Source: Spirochaetales bacterium (GTDB lineage Bacteria; Spirochaetota; Spirochaetia; JAFGXN01). Taken from it: a stretch of 64,000 nucleotides of DNA. A program made the position numbers and the translations under genes. The DNA is taken from contig JAFGXN010000007.1 in the NCBI GenBank assembly GCA_016936615.1, positions 28,575 through 92,574 on the forward strand. Direction: 5' to 3'. Positions 10,159 to 20,837 of the stretch are shown here, piece after piece. The notes under the pieces are model-generated. The model saw nothing but the letters and a program-made list of their open reading frames with translations. It did not search any database and was not told where the DNA came from. Positions within the stretch are counted from its first letter, which is position 1. The number at the start of each line of letters is the position of its first letter.

Positions 10159-10272
10159 TTATCACATTTTATATTCCTGCCATTTTATCAGCCTCGAAAA
10201 TAAATTATATATCTTGACGACCATAACTTTGCAAGATATATTTAGTTAAGAAAAACTAAAGATGAGGAAAAA

Positions 10273-11367
10273 ATGAAAAAACTTCTAATAATTTTGACAA
10301 TTATAGCTGTAATATCTTGCAAAGAAAATCACGAAGAGCCAATAACTAAATTAAGAATATCAACTCCAGAAAGAGTAGAGATATACACCTCCGGAGATTC
10401 TGTCTTTTATGATATAGTAGAAATCTCCGACTTCTATGACGATACGATTTTTTTGCCATTATCGATTAAAATAGAATCGCTTGTGGCATTTGCTGGCTCA
10501 GACAGAATAAAATACTACACAATTAAAAAGCTAGACGAAGAAAAATGCTATGCTGTATCTTTCCCTCTAGGCACAGATAAATCTGACATAAGTGTACGAT
10601 ACAGCGACAGATCTGTAAACTGGTATCCTAGACTAGATATAGATGTGCAAGACACAACTTCAGCAATTTTAACCCTAAATGCAATAATTACCAGCAAAAA
10701 TTACGAGATAAAAGATTGTGAAATAATCCTTGTAAGAACCAGCGACACAAACTTTCTTGATAATCTTGGCGAAAGATATGAGATTGGTGAAATTGCAATA
10801 GAAAAAAATCAAACACTAATATACTCTCTCCAAAACTTTGAAGAAAGTTTTGAAAAAAAGTACAAATGGTTTTCATACAAGAATCCTGATATATACATAT
10901 ACATATCTTTCGAAAACCCTTTTCTTGGATCTATAGAGGACATGAACTACTCTCTTCAATCAAAAAACGTAGTACTTGATACAGGAAATATCACAAATAT
11001 TGGAATAAACAACACAATAGATATATACGCGGGAGTAGAGTCAAAACTTTTTACACACAGATCTGCAGCCACATATCAAGATGATACAAAAAAAAGACGT
11101 CCATTTAACCACAAAATTTTATTTAATATTGACAGCTCGATGAAAGAAAAGGTTGTCGTAGAATTGCATGCTCGCAAACAATATGGCGATGGAGAGAGAA
11201 ATATCTACAATTTTGGAAGAAAACCTGATAGTATGCCAGGTAATTACCTAATCTGGAATCTAACAGTAAGTCCAGGAGAAAGTTCTGTAATCGAGTTTAA
11301 TTTTGACTCAACAACAAAAGATATTTACGAGTACAAAATGTATGACGACTATGCTGGAGGGAGATAA
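10273..11367 (+). CDS. Hypothetical lipoprotein
   Basis: Lipoprotein signal MKKLLIILTIIAVISC with a lipobox Cys. No recognisable domain. Confidence 0.5.
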   Translation: MKKLLIILTIIAVISCKENHEEPITKLRISTPERVEIYTSGDSVFYDIVEISDFYDDTIFLPLSIKIESLVAFAGSDRIKYYTIKKLDEEKCYAVSFPLGTDKSDISVRYSDRSVNWYPRLDIDVQDTTSAILTLNAIITSKNYEIKDCEIILVRTSDTNFLDNLGERYEIGEIAIEKNQTLIYSLQNFEESFEKKYKWFSYKNPDIYIYISFENPFLGSIEDMNYSLQSKNVVLDTGNITNIGINNTIDIYAGVESKLFTHRSAATYQDDTKKRRPFNHKILFNIDSSMKEKVVVELHARKQYGDGERNIYNFGRKPDSMPGNYLIWNLTVSPGESSVIEFNFDSTTKDIYEYKMYDDYAGGR

Positions 11368-11371
11368 CATC

Positions 11372-12175
11372 CTATAACTTTATTGAAAAAGAGGTGTCGC
11401 TCCTATTAAAAATAATATTCTGATTTGCGAAGGTTCTTTCTATTAACGAGAGGCCTTCTTCTTTTTTAGGATTAAGAGTTTGAACTCGCAAATCTGAAGA
11501 AAAAAGAAGAACCTTATCAGAAATTTTCAAAGCATTGTTTATATCATGAGTGCTAACAACCACTGTCAAACCCAAATTATCGACTAACTGTCGAAGCAAG
11601 AGATCGATCGCGACCCTATTCTGAAAATCCAAAAATGCAGTGGGTTCATCAAGCAGGATAATCTTACTCTGCTGGGCTAATGCCCGCCCAATCATAACCT
11701 TCTGCTTCTGCCCATCACTTAATTGGAAAAAATATTTATCAGACAAATCCTCAATATCCAAAATAGAAATTATCCCATTAACAACATCTTGATCATCGAC
11801 AGAGAGCCTTCCAGTAAATCCAGTGTACAAGTACCTACCAAGAGAGATTACATCAAAGACACGCATCAATCCCAGATCAGGGAATCCTGTAAACACACAC
11901 GAGACTAGAGAAGAGAGATCCCTCGCACTCATATTTTTGATATTATTCTCGTAGCAGAAGACATCCCCACTAAGAGTAGGAATTAACCCTGCTATAGTCT
12001 TTAAAAAAGTTGATTTACCTGAACCATTCACCCCTATTACAGAATAAAGAGAGGCATCTTGAAGAGAGATATTTATATTGTGCGCAACCTCTGTGATTTT
12101 ACTTCTTGATTTATACCCGATTGATAGCTGTTCTGTACTTAACACATTTATAATTTTATCCATTTGTCCTTCCAT
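11372..12175 (-). CDS. ABC transporter ATP-binding protein, iron-siderophore/heme/cobalamin (FecE/HmuV/BtuD) type
   Basis: Walker A GVNGSGKST, signature LSDGQKQKV, Walker B ILLDEPTAFLD. Operon with a FecCD permease and a class-III solute-binding protein. Confidence 0.85.
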   Translation of the reverse strand: MEGQMDKIINVLSTEQLSIGYKSRSKITEVAHNINISLQDASLYSVIGVNGSGKSTFLKTIAGLIPTLSGDVFCYENNIKNMSARDLSSLVSCVFTGFPDLGLMRVFDVISLGRYLYTGFTGRLSVDDQDVVNGIISILDIEDLSDKYFFQLSDGQKQKVMIGRALAQQSKIILLDEPTAFLDFQNRVAIDLLLRQLVDNLGLTVVVSTHDINNALKISDKVLLFSSDLRVQTLNPKKEEGLSLIERTFANQNIIFNRSDTSFSIKL

Positions 12176-13181
12176 TTTTTAATATCAAAAACAACACAAA
12201 AGGTGCTGAAACCAACGTTAAAATGGGGTTAACCGGCAACACATATGAAAGCCCTGGCAACTGGGCTACCAAATCCGCTAACAAAGCCATTATACCACCA
12301 AGAACAACTACTCCTGGAACAAGAACCCGATGATCCTCAGTATGAAAAGCCATTCTTGCTACGTGCGGAACAAACAAGCCAACAAAGGCTATTGGACCGC
12401 AGAAGGAGGTAACAATCCCACTAAGAAACCCAGCTGGTATAATAATCGAAACCTTCGCTAACACGAGATTGACACCCGAACTTTGTGCATAATTATCGCC
12501 TAATTTCATTATATTCAGGTTTTTAGAAATAAATAAAGCAAAAAAAATAAAAAAGAGAACAAAAGCAACAAAAAGATTCATCATCCAGCCCTGATTAGGC
12601 GGATTAAAAGAACCCTCAGCCCACAAGAAGTATATCTTAATCTTCTCTGGAACTGAAAAATATGAAAAAATAGAGATTGCCGCATTTATAAAATATCCAA
12701 CTAGCACCCCAAATATCAACAATCCTGTATTACTCGTAACCCTCGCTGAAACAATCGAGACAATAACAACCATAAGAAAAGCACCAAGACATGAGAACAA
12801 TAGCACACCTGAATGGTACAAGAAAATCCCCCCCGAAAACGAGCCACCAATCCCTGAAAAGACCATTATTGCAAGAGCTGCGCCAAGCGATGCCCCTGAA
12901 TTTATCCCAAGCACAAATGGTCCAGCTAAAGGATTACGGAAATAGACCTGAAGCAATAATCCAGCGACACTGAGACCTGCTCCCGCGAATAACGCCATAA
13001 TTGCACGCCCAATCCTAACCTTAAAGATAAATGCTGCCGGAGATCCATTGTTAGAGAAAAAATCAAAGATTCCTCGTGGAGACAACCAGACAGAACCCAA
13101 AAAAATCCTTAAAATGAAAAGAGAGAAACAAAATGAGACAAGAAATATAAAAAGAACTAAATTCCTTCTCGAATCCTTCAA
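12156..13181 (-). CDS. FecCD-family ABC permease (iron-siderophore/heme/B12 type)
   Basis: Polytopic membrane protein with FecCD/BtuC-like conserved segments (GAGLSVAGLLLQ, GINSGASLGAALAIM). Confidence 0.85.
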   Translation of the reverse strand: MKDSRRNLVLFIFLVSFCFSLFILRIFLGSVWLSPRGIFDFFSNNGSPAAFIFKVRIGRAIMALFAGAGLSVAGLLLQVYFRNPLAGPFVLGINSGASLGAALAIMVFSGIGGSFSGGIFLYHSGVLLFSCLGAFLMVVIVSIVSARVTSNTGLLIFGVLVGYFINAAISIFSYFSVPEKIKIYFLWAEGSFNPPNQGWMMNLFVAFVLFFIFFALFISKNLNIMKLGDNYAQSSGVNLVLAKVSIIIPAGFLSGIVTSFCGPIAFVGLFVPHVARMAFHTEDHRVLVPGVVVLGGIMALLADLVAQLPGLSYVLPVNPILTLVSAPFVLFLILKNGRTNG

Positions 13182-14216
13182 TTACATCCTCCTAAAAAAC
13201 CTACAATCAGCATCATCCCGATTCTTAAATATAAGATAGAGATCCCTAAGCACCAGATCAGGACGAACAACACCTAATTCAAAAAAATCCAAACCTTCGC
13301 CCTTAACATTTTTATCATTATTAAAGACCAATCCATTCTCGAAAGCCTTAAAAAAACTTCGATATGGAAAATCCAGCGAGCTCAAACCCTGCCCCTTATG
13401 AAGACTACTGTTGATAAGCCAAAAATCACAATCACTTGCCTTTGCAACAATCACCTCAGGATCCATCGCCAATGAAGAACTAAGCGAGTTCCCAGGCTCT
13501 GGAGTAAACATAATACCATTTGCATCTCTAATAAACTGTGCAAAATAGTTTTTTTCGCCAGGAATATACCAGACCCCGAAGTAAGGAATATTAACAAGAA
13601 TTCGCGGAGATTGTAGAATTTCCTGCTTCGCAAGAGAGTGTATCTCCAAGTAAGAGTCCACGACAGAGTCAAAATAGTCGCAAGCTATATCAAACCGCCC
13701 AATCATAAGCCCGACAACCTTAATCCATTCAAGTCGCCCAAGAGGATGAGTCTCAAGCCAATCCATAAAGAAGAACAAATCTATCCCACTCAAGCTCAAG
13801 AGCTCAACATTCTCTGAAACAGCAAAACCCTGAGGCGCAATCAAACAATCTGGATTAACTATCAGTGTCTTTTCCAAATCCAAAATACCACTCGGCGCAA
13901 CCTCCACAACCTTAGCCTCCCGAACAAGCGCCTGAATCTTCTGCGAGGAGGTATAACGTACAGTATCTATTCCTGCTATCAATCTTTCAGACGCAAGCGC
14001 CTCAAACATTGCTGAATATACTGTCCCCATGACGACACATCGAGAATACCCTGAATGGTTCGCAGCTTCGTAGGAAAATGAAAACTCATTTCCGCCGAAT
14101 CTCAAGAGATAACCAGAACCACTATCAATAATATCAAAGTTTGTAGCATAATCAACAGCAGCAAATAGGCTAAGACTTGAAAATACCAGCAACAGACAAC
14201 AAATTTTCTTTTTCAT
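13182..14216 (-). CDS. Periplasmic solute-binding protein of the ABC importer (class III, siderophore/heme/B12 type)
   Basis: Signal peptide, size and immediate linkage to the FecCD permease and ATPase. Domain assignment is by context and weak similarity only. Confidence 0.6.
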   Translation of the reverse strand: MKKKICCLLLVFSSLSLFAAVDYATNFDIIDSGSGYLLRFGGNEFSFSYEAANHSGYSRCVVMGTVYSAMFEALASERLIAGIDTVRYTSSQKIQALVREAKVVEVAPSGILDLEKTLIVNPDCLIAPQGFAVSENVELLSLSGIDLFFFMDWLETHPLGRLEWIKVVGLMIGRFDIACDYFDSVVDSYLEIHSLAKQEILQSPRILVNIPYFGVWYIPGEKNYFAQFIRDANGIMFTPEPGNSLSSSLAMDPEVIVAKASDCDFWLINSSLHKGQGLSSLDFPYRSFFKAFENGLVFNNDKNVKGEGLDFFELGVVRPDLVLRDLYLIFKNRDDADCRFFRRM

Positions 14217-14224
14217 AAACTCTC

Positions 14225-15001
14225 CTATGGAATAAATCTAAATTTATACAATAATATTCGATCCTCACCTTCAGCAAATCTCCAATAAAACTGGACAGCA
14301 TCACTTGCAGCACGATCTAACTGAGAATAACCTGACGAAGCAAGCAGCTCTACGCGTCGGACCGAGCCATCAGCTGAGATAAAGATCTTCACCTCAACAA
14401 TCCCACCAATACCAGCACGTTGCATTGCTGCAGGATAGGTTGGCTCAGGACAGTAGATCCCACCGCTAGCCTCAACATCTTCAAAGGTTTTACCACCACT
14501 AGCAGAAGCTTCCCTACTCGTCTCAGCTGAAGAGAGACCAGAAGACTCCTTCTCTCCTAACATCTCAGGCTCTTCAACGACCTCACTTTCAGCCTGCTCT
14601 ACAAGCTGATCTTGAGACTCTTCAGAGACTTGAGAATCCTCAACCTTTTCAACTAGTTCTAACTCAGGTTCAAGTTCAACCGGCAACAAAGAGTCAGAAA
14701 CATCCCCGACTTCATCAACAGTTTCAATTTCTTCAGCTACCTCAGCATCTTCAAATTCTTCAACAAATTCCTCTACGGTAGCCTCACTGCTTGACGCAGA
14801 TAGTTGCCCGCTCCCGTTAGAAGTGTCGGAATATTCGCTACTAGAGATAATTACAACCTTAAACTCACGCACATCCTCTTTTTTTTGAAAAAAAAGAAAA
14901 AAAGAGAAAAACAGAGCATGTATCAAAAGCGACACAGAGAAAATTACTACCCAATGAATAAATCTCTTCATATTAATACTGGAAGATCGAGAGAATCCCA
15001 C
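14225..15001 (-). CDS. TonB-family energy transducer
   Basis: N-terminal TM anchor, an acidic E-rich spacer, and a C-terminal TonB_C-like domain (YPAAMQRAGIGGIVEVKIFISADGSV). The ATG at 14971 (MKRF...) is an alternative start. Confidence 0.6.
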   Translation of the reverse strand: MGFSRSSSINMKRFIHWVVIFSVSLLIHALFFSFFLFFQKKEDVREFKVVIISSSEYSDTSNGSGQLSASSSEATVEEFVEEFEDAEVAEEIETVDEVGDVSDSLLPVELEPELELVEKVEDSQVSEESQDQLVEQAESEVVEEPEMLGEKESSGLSSAETSREASASGGKTFEDVEASGGIYCPEPTYPAAMQRAGIGGIVEVKIFISADGSVRRVELLASSGYSQLDRAASDAVQFYWRFAEGEDRILLYKFRFIP

Positions 15002-16064
15002 TGCTCAACCTCCACTCGTTTATCAATGAAAAATCATCACAATCCATTTGATACAAATCTCCCTTACTGAAATTAACAGCAAACAGGCTTCCTGAATCTT
15101 TGTCAAACAATATATCAGAGATAAAATCTCCCGAACCAACAACAGAGGGATAACTTGCAGAGGGAAAATCATCAAGAATAGATATTTCCCCACCAACACC
15201 AACCTCGTAAGAGATAACTCCATTCTCTGAAACTAGATAGACTCTATTTGAAGAATAATCTACCCCTTTGCCCGAACCAAAAGGAGATCCACCAAGCCTG
15301 ATATGCTCCACCACCTCGCCTTGAAGATAATCATAGACAACAAGATAACCATCATCCCCTCCATTCTTTCCAGTACAAACAAAATGTAGTGAAGAGAGAT
15401 CCTCAAACAGAAGGATGTTCTGGCAATTTACAATCTCAGAGTTTAGAATCCCATCTAATGTGGCTATTGGAAAAAAACTTTGTTGAAAGTCAGATAAATC
15501 GATAACAGCAACAAATGGTTGACCAAAAGAGATTCTCTGCCTATCAAAGTTTGTACACGCAACATAGACCTTCCCTGCGTGAACAAGTAGCCCTTCAGGA
15601 CCGGCACTGAAACTAGCATAAGGATTGTTTATTTTAATTTTTTTCTTTAAAGAAAAATCTAATAGATCAAAAATCAAGAGTTCTGAGGTGAGAAAGCATG
15701 TAACCAGTATCAAATTGTCACTCGAAGAGATCTCAATTGCCCATGGGTTTGAACCTCGACCAGTATCAATAGTATACAAAAGCGAAAAGTCACGACGATT
15801 GTAGATTGAGATAGAGTTTGATAGCGAATTAACAACAAAAATCTTATCAGAAGAGGTTGCTAAGGAGTTTGGGGATTTTCCTGCAAATGCAGCATACTCA
15901 AAGATCTTGTCAGCGACAGGATCGACAACACTGATTGAGCTTGAGAGAGAGTTTAACACAAGTAGCCCAGATTCTGTATCTGGGATAGTCGTAGATGGAA
16001 CTCCAGGAAATCTTATGCAGGAGAAAGAGAGGAGAACATAGATTGTGAAGATGAATTTTTTCAT
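14973..16064 (-). CDS. Beta-propeller repeat lipoprotein (YVTN/YncE-like)
   Basis: Signal plus lipobox (LSFSC), then repeated ~40-aa units (SSISVVDPVADKI, VVNSLSNSISIYNRRD, LVTCFLTSELLIFD). Confidence 0.55.
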   Translation of the reverse strand: MKKFIFTIYVLLSFSCIRFPGVPSTTIPDTESGLLVLNSLSSSISVVDPVADKIFEYAAFAGKSPNSLATSSDKIFVVNSLSNSISIYNRRDFSLLYTIDTGRGSNPWAIEISSSDNLILVTCFLTSELLIFDLLDFSLKKKIKINNPYASFSAGPEGLLVHAGKVYVACTNFDRQRISFGQPFVAVIDLSDFQQSFFPIATLDGILNSEIVNCQNILLFEDLSSLHFVCTGKNGGDDGYLVVYDYLQGEVVEHIRLGGSPFGSGKGVDYSSNRVYLVSENGVISYEVGVGGEISILDDFPSASYPSVVGSGDFISDILFDKDSGSLFAVNFSKGDLYQMDCDDFSLINEWRLSSGILSIFQY

Positions 16065-17965
16065 ATAGTAACCCTCAATCCAATCTTAAGATTAGGCCTT
16101 CGCATTGGAAGATCTTCAAAATCGAAGGGCTCTCCTATCACAAAGTTCTCGCCAGAGATCAGAAATTTTATATTCTGAGTTATGGTCAGGTTCATCATGA
16201 AAGAGAACAAGACCCAACCATCTCGGTAATCAGTATTTGAGATGTTCAAATATCGTTGACCTGTGTATGAACCGCTTATCAAGAATAGATGCCCTTCTTC
16301 GGTTTTGTATTTTAGAGAAATTGAGAAGATATTAAAGGGGCGTAGCGGTAGTTGATTTAAAAAACTTGAGGAATCTGCATCATTGTCGTAGCAGAAGAGT
16401 GTGGAAAAATTGAAATTCATGTTAAAGCTTGAGAGGTTTTTTGTAAAGACTAGGATATTTAATGAAAAATCGTAGCCAAAAGAGACTACACTCTCCAGGT
16501 TTGACGGTCTCCACAATCCTCCAGGACCTTGATTCCAGAGAATATAGTCTGAAATATCCTGATAAAAGAGATTTAACTTAACTGAACCAAGCTTTTTCAA
16601 CTTGATGGTAAGCTCTGAATCGATGAAAAACATCTCTTCTGGACGGAGAGCAAGATTCCCGACAGCAAAAGAGCTACTCGGCCAGAAGAGATCCTGAAAG
16701 GAGGGTTGCTTCATGGCAAAGCCAGAGCTTACCCTTAGGCTTGAAAAATTATCATAGCTTGAGACAATCAAGAATCCAGCCTCAAGGTTGCCACTCCCCC
16801 GCACAGATAAATGGCTAGAAAAAAAATCAAAGCTACTTGCGCCACCTGCATTTAGGAAGCCTTGAAAAAAATCTTTTTCACTTCCATTTTTTGAGACTCG
16901 AAACCCACCATTTCCATGCAGTCTGAACCTTCCAATTACGCCAGCACCCTCCTCTAAATTATCTGAAATAAACTTTGAAGAGGAGAGCCCCTCTGCCTGT
17001 ATCCCAAACTTCAGATGTCCTGCTGTCTTGTCAGACTTGAGAAGATAGGCAATATCAAGATTTGAGCCGTAATTAAAATTTCTAAAGCTTAGCACACCAG
17101 CAGAATTATCGGAATCATAATAATCTAGACTTGAAAGATTAAGCCCGAAGCCAATCAGGATTTTTCCTTTTTCAACCTTTTTCTCCCATCCAATAGTAGG
17201 AGAGAAGAATAACTTATTCAAATTAGCAGTATCATCGGGAAATTGAGTCGATCCTTGCCTGCCTTTCTGTTGAAATGCAAATGGAAGCAGAAAATCAAGA
17301 GATGAGCTGTTATCGATAAGCTTTTTTCCTGAGAACGCAATAGAAAAATTCATAGCCGCAGAGTAGATATCGAAAAAATCTCGACTTAATCCTGGAAAAC
17401 GACCAGCATCGATTAGACCTTTGACTCCAAGAGAGTAGAACATATTATTCTTCAAGAAATCTGAATTAAAAAAATCAAGAATCATCAGCCCAGAGGTTCC
17501 AAAACCAATATTGACAAAGGTTCCAGGGATTGAAGATGCTCCATCCTTTGTAACGATATTTATTGCACCGCCAATAGCATCATCTCCGTAGATTGAGGAG
17601 GCATTCCCCTTGATAATCTCAATTCTCTCAACCATACTCAAGGGAATAAAGCTAAAGATCATCTCCAAATCAATCAACGGAGAGAGTTTTCGTCCATTTA
17701 CAAGAATTAATATGCGTGTAGAATCAACCCCCCTGAAAAAAAGCGTAACCTCATTACCGCTTCGATTTACATAGACACCAGCAACACTTATCAAGATATC
17801 TAGAATATCATTAGCAGGCGACTCCATAATCTCCTGGCTATCTATAATCACCAGATTAGAATTTCCGCCACTTCCATAAATATCCATCGAATCAGCAAAG
17901 AGGACTGAAAAAGAGGTAATAATGAGAAAAAAAGCTGCAAAAATAGCCTTTCTACTGTCTAGCAT
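16061..17965 (-). CDS. TonB-dependent outer-membrane receptor
   Basis: N-terminal plug motifs (ILISVAGVYVNRSGNEVTLFFRGVD...RIEIIKGNASSIYGDDAIGGAINIVTK) and an aromatic-rich C-terminus ending in a beta-barrel terminal strand. Confidence 0.75.
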   Translation of the reverse strand: MLDSRKAIFAAFFLIITSFSVLFADSMDIYGSGGNSNLVIIDSQEIMESPANDILDILISVAGVYVNRSGNEVTLFFRGVDSTRILILVNGRKLSPLIDLEMIFSFIPLSMVERIEIIKGNASSIYGDDAIGGAINIVTKDGASSIPGTFVNIGFGTSGLMILDFFNSDFLKNNMFYSLGVKGLIDAGRFPGLSRDFFDIYSAAMNFSIAFSGKKLIDNSSSLDFLLPFAFQQKGRQGSTQFPDDTANLNKLFFSPTIGWEKKVEKGKILIGFGLNLSSLDYYDSDNSAGVLSFRNFNYGSNLDIAYLLKSDKTAGHLKFGIQAEGLSSSKFISDNLEEGAGVIGRFRLHGNGGFRVSKNGSEKDFFQGFLNAGGASSFDFFSSHLSVRGSGNLEAGFLIVSSYDNFSSLRVSSGFAMKQPSFQDLFWPSSSFAVGNLALRPEEMFFIDSELTIKLKKLGSVKLNLFYQDISDYILWNQGPGGLWRPSNLESVVSFGYDFSLNILVFTKNLSSFNMNFNFSTLFCYDNDADSSSFLNQLPLRPFNIFSISLKYKTEEGHLFLISGSYTGQRYLNISNTDYRDGWVLFSFMMNLTITQNIKFLISGENFVIGEPFDFEDLPMRRPNLKIGLRVTI

Positions 17966-19013
17966 TCAAGGCACCAAGACTATTTAAATCAAATCCTGCT
18001 GTCTGCTCAGTCTTATACGGATCAGTTATAATCTGATCGAAGGAATCAAAGCAAGCAGAATCACTAGCTGGCTCCGATATTCCAGGAATATCCACGACTC
18101 TAACAAATTTTATCTTATCAAGATTGACCAAATTCTCAGCAACCTCCCTAGTGCAGATTAGATCTGCAAAATCGAAGAGAACTCCCCAGCCAGACTTTGA
18201 AATTCCCGCAAGGTTGTTATAATTGCCAGGATAGATATAATCAAAAGCCTCTTTTGCCTCAGAATCCAAGACCGAAGATGGAAATCTAGCAAAGTTGACA
18301 CCATCAGAACTTACCTCGACATAGGCTAACTCCGCAAAGACAAGCTCTCGCCCATCCACAAATTGAACCAGCCCATTCTCGAAGATGCAAATATCAGGAC
18401 CAGGGAGATCTTCGACTTCAAACTCGAACTCTATCGTAACAAAGCCACCATTCCCCAACGAAAGAACATTATTTGCATCACCATTTGCAGCGCCTAAAGC
18501 CTTTTTCTCATCTTTATAGACCTCATTAGTAACCCCTTCTCCCGGAGAATACTCAACGACTCGATAACCCCATTGAGTTATCCGCTTATCAGAGAACTCT
18601 ATCAGCCTAGATAAATTAAGCTTTTTCCCTAAAATATTCTCAAACTCCTGCTGTGAAAAATCATCAGTTACCACAATCTCTCGAACAAGGAAGCTCTCAA
18701 CCGTGCTAATTTGCTTCAAATAAAGATAATAGACCCCAGCGCTATCCGGAACCTTCCCAATCTCTGAAAATTGCTCTGGATAGCTCTCTCTCTGCTGCGA
18801 GAATCCGCACAGAAGAGTAACACCATCCTCCAAGCTCTCAAACTCAATCTCAGCTCCCTTCGGATAGAATGTAGAAAAATAGTTTGAGACAATCGATTGA
18901 TCTTTCCACTCCTTCAAATCTACCGAGTATAGTGAGTTTTTTTCACATGAAAAAAAGAATAAGCTGCTTGCAAGGCAGAACCAAGCAAGCAAGTTTTGAT
19001 ACAATTTGTTCAA
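17952..19013 (-). CDS. Hypothetical lipoprotein in the TonB-dependent uptake locus
   Basis: Signal plus lipobox (FFFSC). No recognisable domain. Confidence 0.45.
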   Translation of the reverse strand: MNKLYQNLLAWFCLASSLFFFSCEKNSLYSVDLKEWKDQSIVSNYFSTFYPKGAEIEFESLEDGVTLLCGFSQQRESYPEQFSEIGKVPDSAGVYYLYLKQISTVESFLVREIVVTDDFSQQEFENILGKKLNLSRLIEFSDKRITQWGYRVVEYSPGEGVTNEVYKDEKKALGAANGDANNVLSLGNGGFVTIEFEFEVEDLPGPDICIFENGLVQFVDGRELVFAELAYVEVSSDGVNFARFPSSVLDSEAKEAFDYIYPGNYNNLAGISKSGWGVLFDFADLICTREVAENLVNLDKIKFVRVVDIPGISEPASDSACFDSFDQIITDPYKTEQTAGFDLNSLGALNARQ

Positions 19014-19014
19014 A

Positions 19015-19575
19015 TTATTTCCTCTTCACACCAGATGAAGCATAAGCAAAGGCGTAGATCAAACCTTTATCCTCAGCCTTATCGGCATCCGCAGTAGTCT
19101 TTAACGCTTCTGCACGGGTTGCAAACTCTTCAGTCCAGGTTGAAAAATCCTCTGGAGTTGTGCAGTATCCTGCCTGAGTGAAAGAGTAGGTCTCACCGTC
19201 GAGAGAGGCCCATCTAAAGACTCGATAGACAACCTTGTCTCCACTTTCAACCTCAAGGAGCGCATATCCCTTATCGAGATACTCAGTTGTACCAGACATA
19301 CTTCCAGCAATATACTCATCTCCAGAATTGAAGTTGAGGCTACTACCATAGACAATCTGTCCCTCATAGCCCCCGGAAAAGGGAAACGCCCCAGAGGTAA
19401 CAGTCGAGTAAACAATCTTTTCTTCTGAGATATTCCAAGTTTCGACAGTCGAACCACCATCGAAATCCGTAGTCAACACCCATTCTCCATTAACACTACT
19501 CTGTTTTGTGATGGGGTTGAAGCAACTTGCTGCAAATAATGCAACAAACGCGATGAAAAACAATTTTTTTTTCAT
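19015..19575 (-). CDS. Hypothetical lipoprotein
   Basis: Likely start is the ATG at 19575 (MKKKLFFIAFVALFAASC) with AGGAG upstream. The track ORF extends to 19695. Confidence 0.45.
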   Translation of the reverse strand: MKKKLFFIAFVALFAASCFNPITKQSSVNGEWVLTTDFDGGSTVETWNISEEKIVYSTVTSGAFPFSGGYEGQIVYGSSLNFNSGDEYIAGSMSGTTEYLDKGYALLEVESGDKVVYRVFRWASLDGETYSFTQAGYCTTPEDFSTWTEEFATRAEALKTTADADKAEDKGLIYAFAYASSGVKRK

Positions 19576-19864
19576 TTTTTTCTCCTTCTTACGCGAAAGG
19601 AAAAACCGCCTGCAGGTCGATTTAACCACGGCTCTAGCAAAGTATCCTGACTCACAGGCAATTCCGCAGACACCTTCCCGATTTCTCAGTGGCATAGATC
19701 TACATCTTCCTGAATACAGTTGCGCGACAGTGCAGGATTCTCACCTGCTTCCATTGAACTAGAGCTAACGCAATACTAACAATATATTGAAATCTATTCA
19801 ATACAGTATTGACAATTCAAACCACATCTATTTAAAGTATTACTAATAAAGTTTAGGAGTAAAA

Positions 19865-20389
19865 ATGTCAAACAAAATTTTTTCAAAGGTTAACAAAGCG
19901 ATTTACTATTCAGAGAAGGGTAATCCAAAAAAGTGCTACTCAAAACTAAAAAAGCTCGACAAGAAATATCCTGATAATGAATTGATAAACTTTAATATGG
20001 CTGTAGCATGTGAAAAGCTTGAAAAAAACACAAAGGCAGAGTTCTTTTACAGAAAGGCATTAGCTCTTTGTCCTGACAATTCCGAGACACTAAACTCTCT
20101 TGGCGCTTTTCTAATAAGAAAAGGAGAGCTAGCTGAAGCAAGGTCTCTTCTCTCTGAAGCTGTCAACATAGACAAGACAAAGGCTATCTATTGGAACAAC
20201 CTCGGTGTCGTTAATTTCTTGCAGACTGACTATCAGGCAGCAGTAGGAAATTTCAAGATTGCCTGCGCTATCGATTCTGAGAATCCTGATATCTGGTATA
20301 ATCTACGCGACTCATATGAAGAGATTGGTGAAAAAGAACTTGCAAAGCAAGCAGAGAAAAACTACCAAAGACTTACAGGTGAACAATGA
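19865..20389 (+). CDS. TPR-repeat protein
   Basis: Three or four tetratricopeptide repeats (AEFFYRKALALCPDN..., YWNNLGVVNF...). Confidence 0.8.
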   Translation: MSNKIFSKVNKAIYYSEKGNPKKCYSKLKKLDKKYPDNELINFNMAVACEKLEKNTKAEFFYRKALALCPDNSETLNSLGAFLIRKGELAEARSLLSEAVNIDKTKAIYWNNLGVVNFLQTDYQAAVGNFKIACAIDSENPDIWYNLRDSYEEIGEKELAKQAEKNYQRLTGEQ

Positions 20390-20808
20390 AAATTTTTCAA
20401 AAAGAGATAAGCCTTACACCACAAAGACGTGGATTCAACCTAATTACTCAAGAAATTGTGAAAAAAATTCCAGAGATATCTGAGATTGAAGCTGGAATTG
20501 CAACAATATTTATCAAACACACCTCAGCATCGCTTACCATCAATGAGAATGCAGATCCTGATGTACGGATAGATCTTGAGACGCTTTTTAATAGAAATTT
20601 CCCAGAGAGGCTTCCAGAGTATCGACACACATTCGAAGGTTCTGATGATATGCCAGCCCACGCAAAGGCTACCGCGATTGGACAGAGCCTGACAATCCCA
20701 ATTACAAATGGCAGGCTTAACATGGGAACATGGCAAGGAATCTATCTCTGCGAACATCGAAATCATGCTCACAGTAGACAAATCGTTGTAACTATTCTTG
20801 GTCAATAA
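20386..20808 (+). CDS. YjbQ/UPF0047 family protein (secondary thiamine-phosphate synthase-like)
   Basis: Characteristic YjbQ segments (TSASLTINENADPDV, HAKATAIGQSLTIPI..GRLNMGTWQGIYLCEHR). Confidence 0.8.
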   Translation: MKIFQKEISLTPQRRGFNLITQEIVKKIPEISEIEAGIATIFIKHTSASLTINENADPDVRIDLETLFNRNFPERLPEYRHTFEGSDDMPAHAKATAIGQSLTIPITNGRLNMGTWQGIYLCEHRNHAHSRQIVVTILGQ

Positions 20809-20837
20809 GTGTTATATATGTAGAATACAAAAAAATA

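Noticed and set aside
20448-20805. Two reverse-strand ORFs (91 and 93 aa) overlapping yjbQ
   Set aside because: They are antisense to a gene with clear YjbQ family signatures and carry no motifs or RBS of their own.
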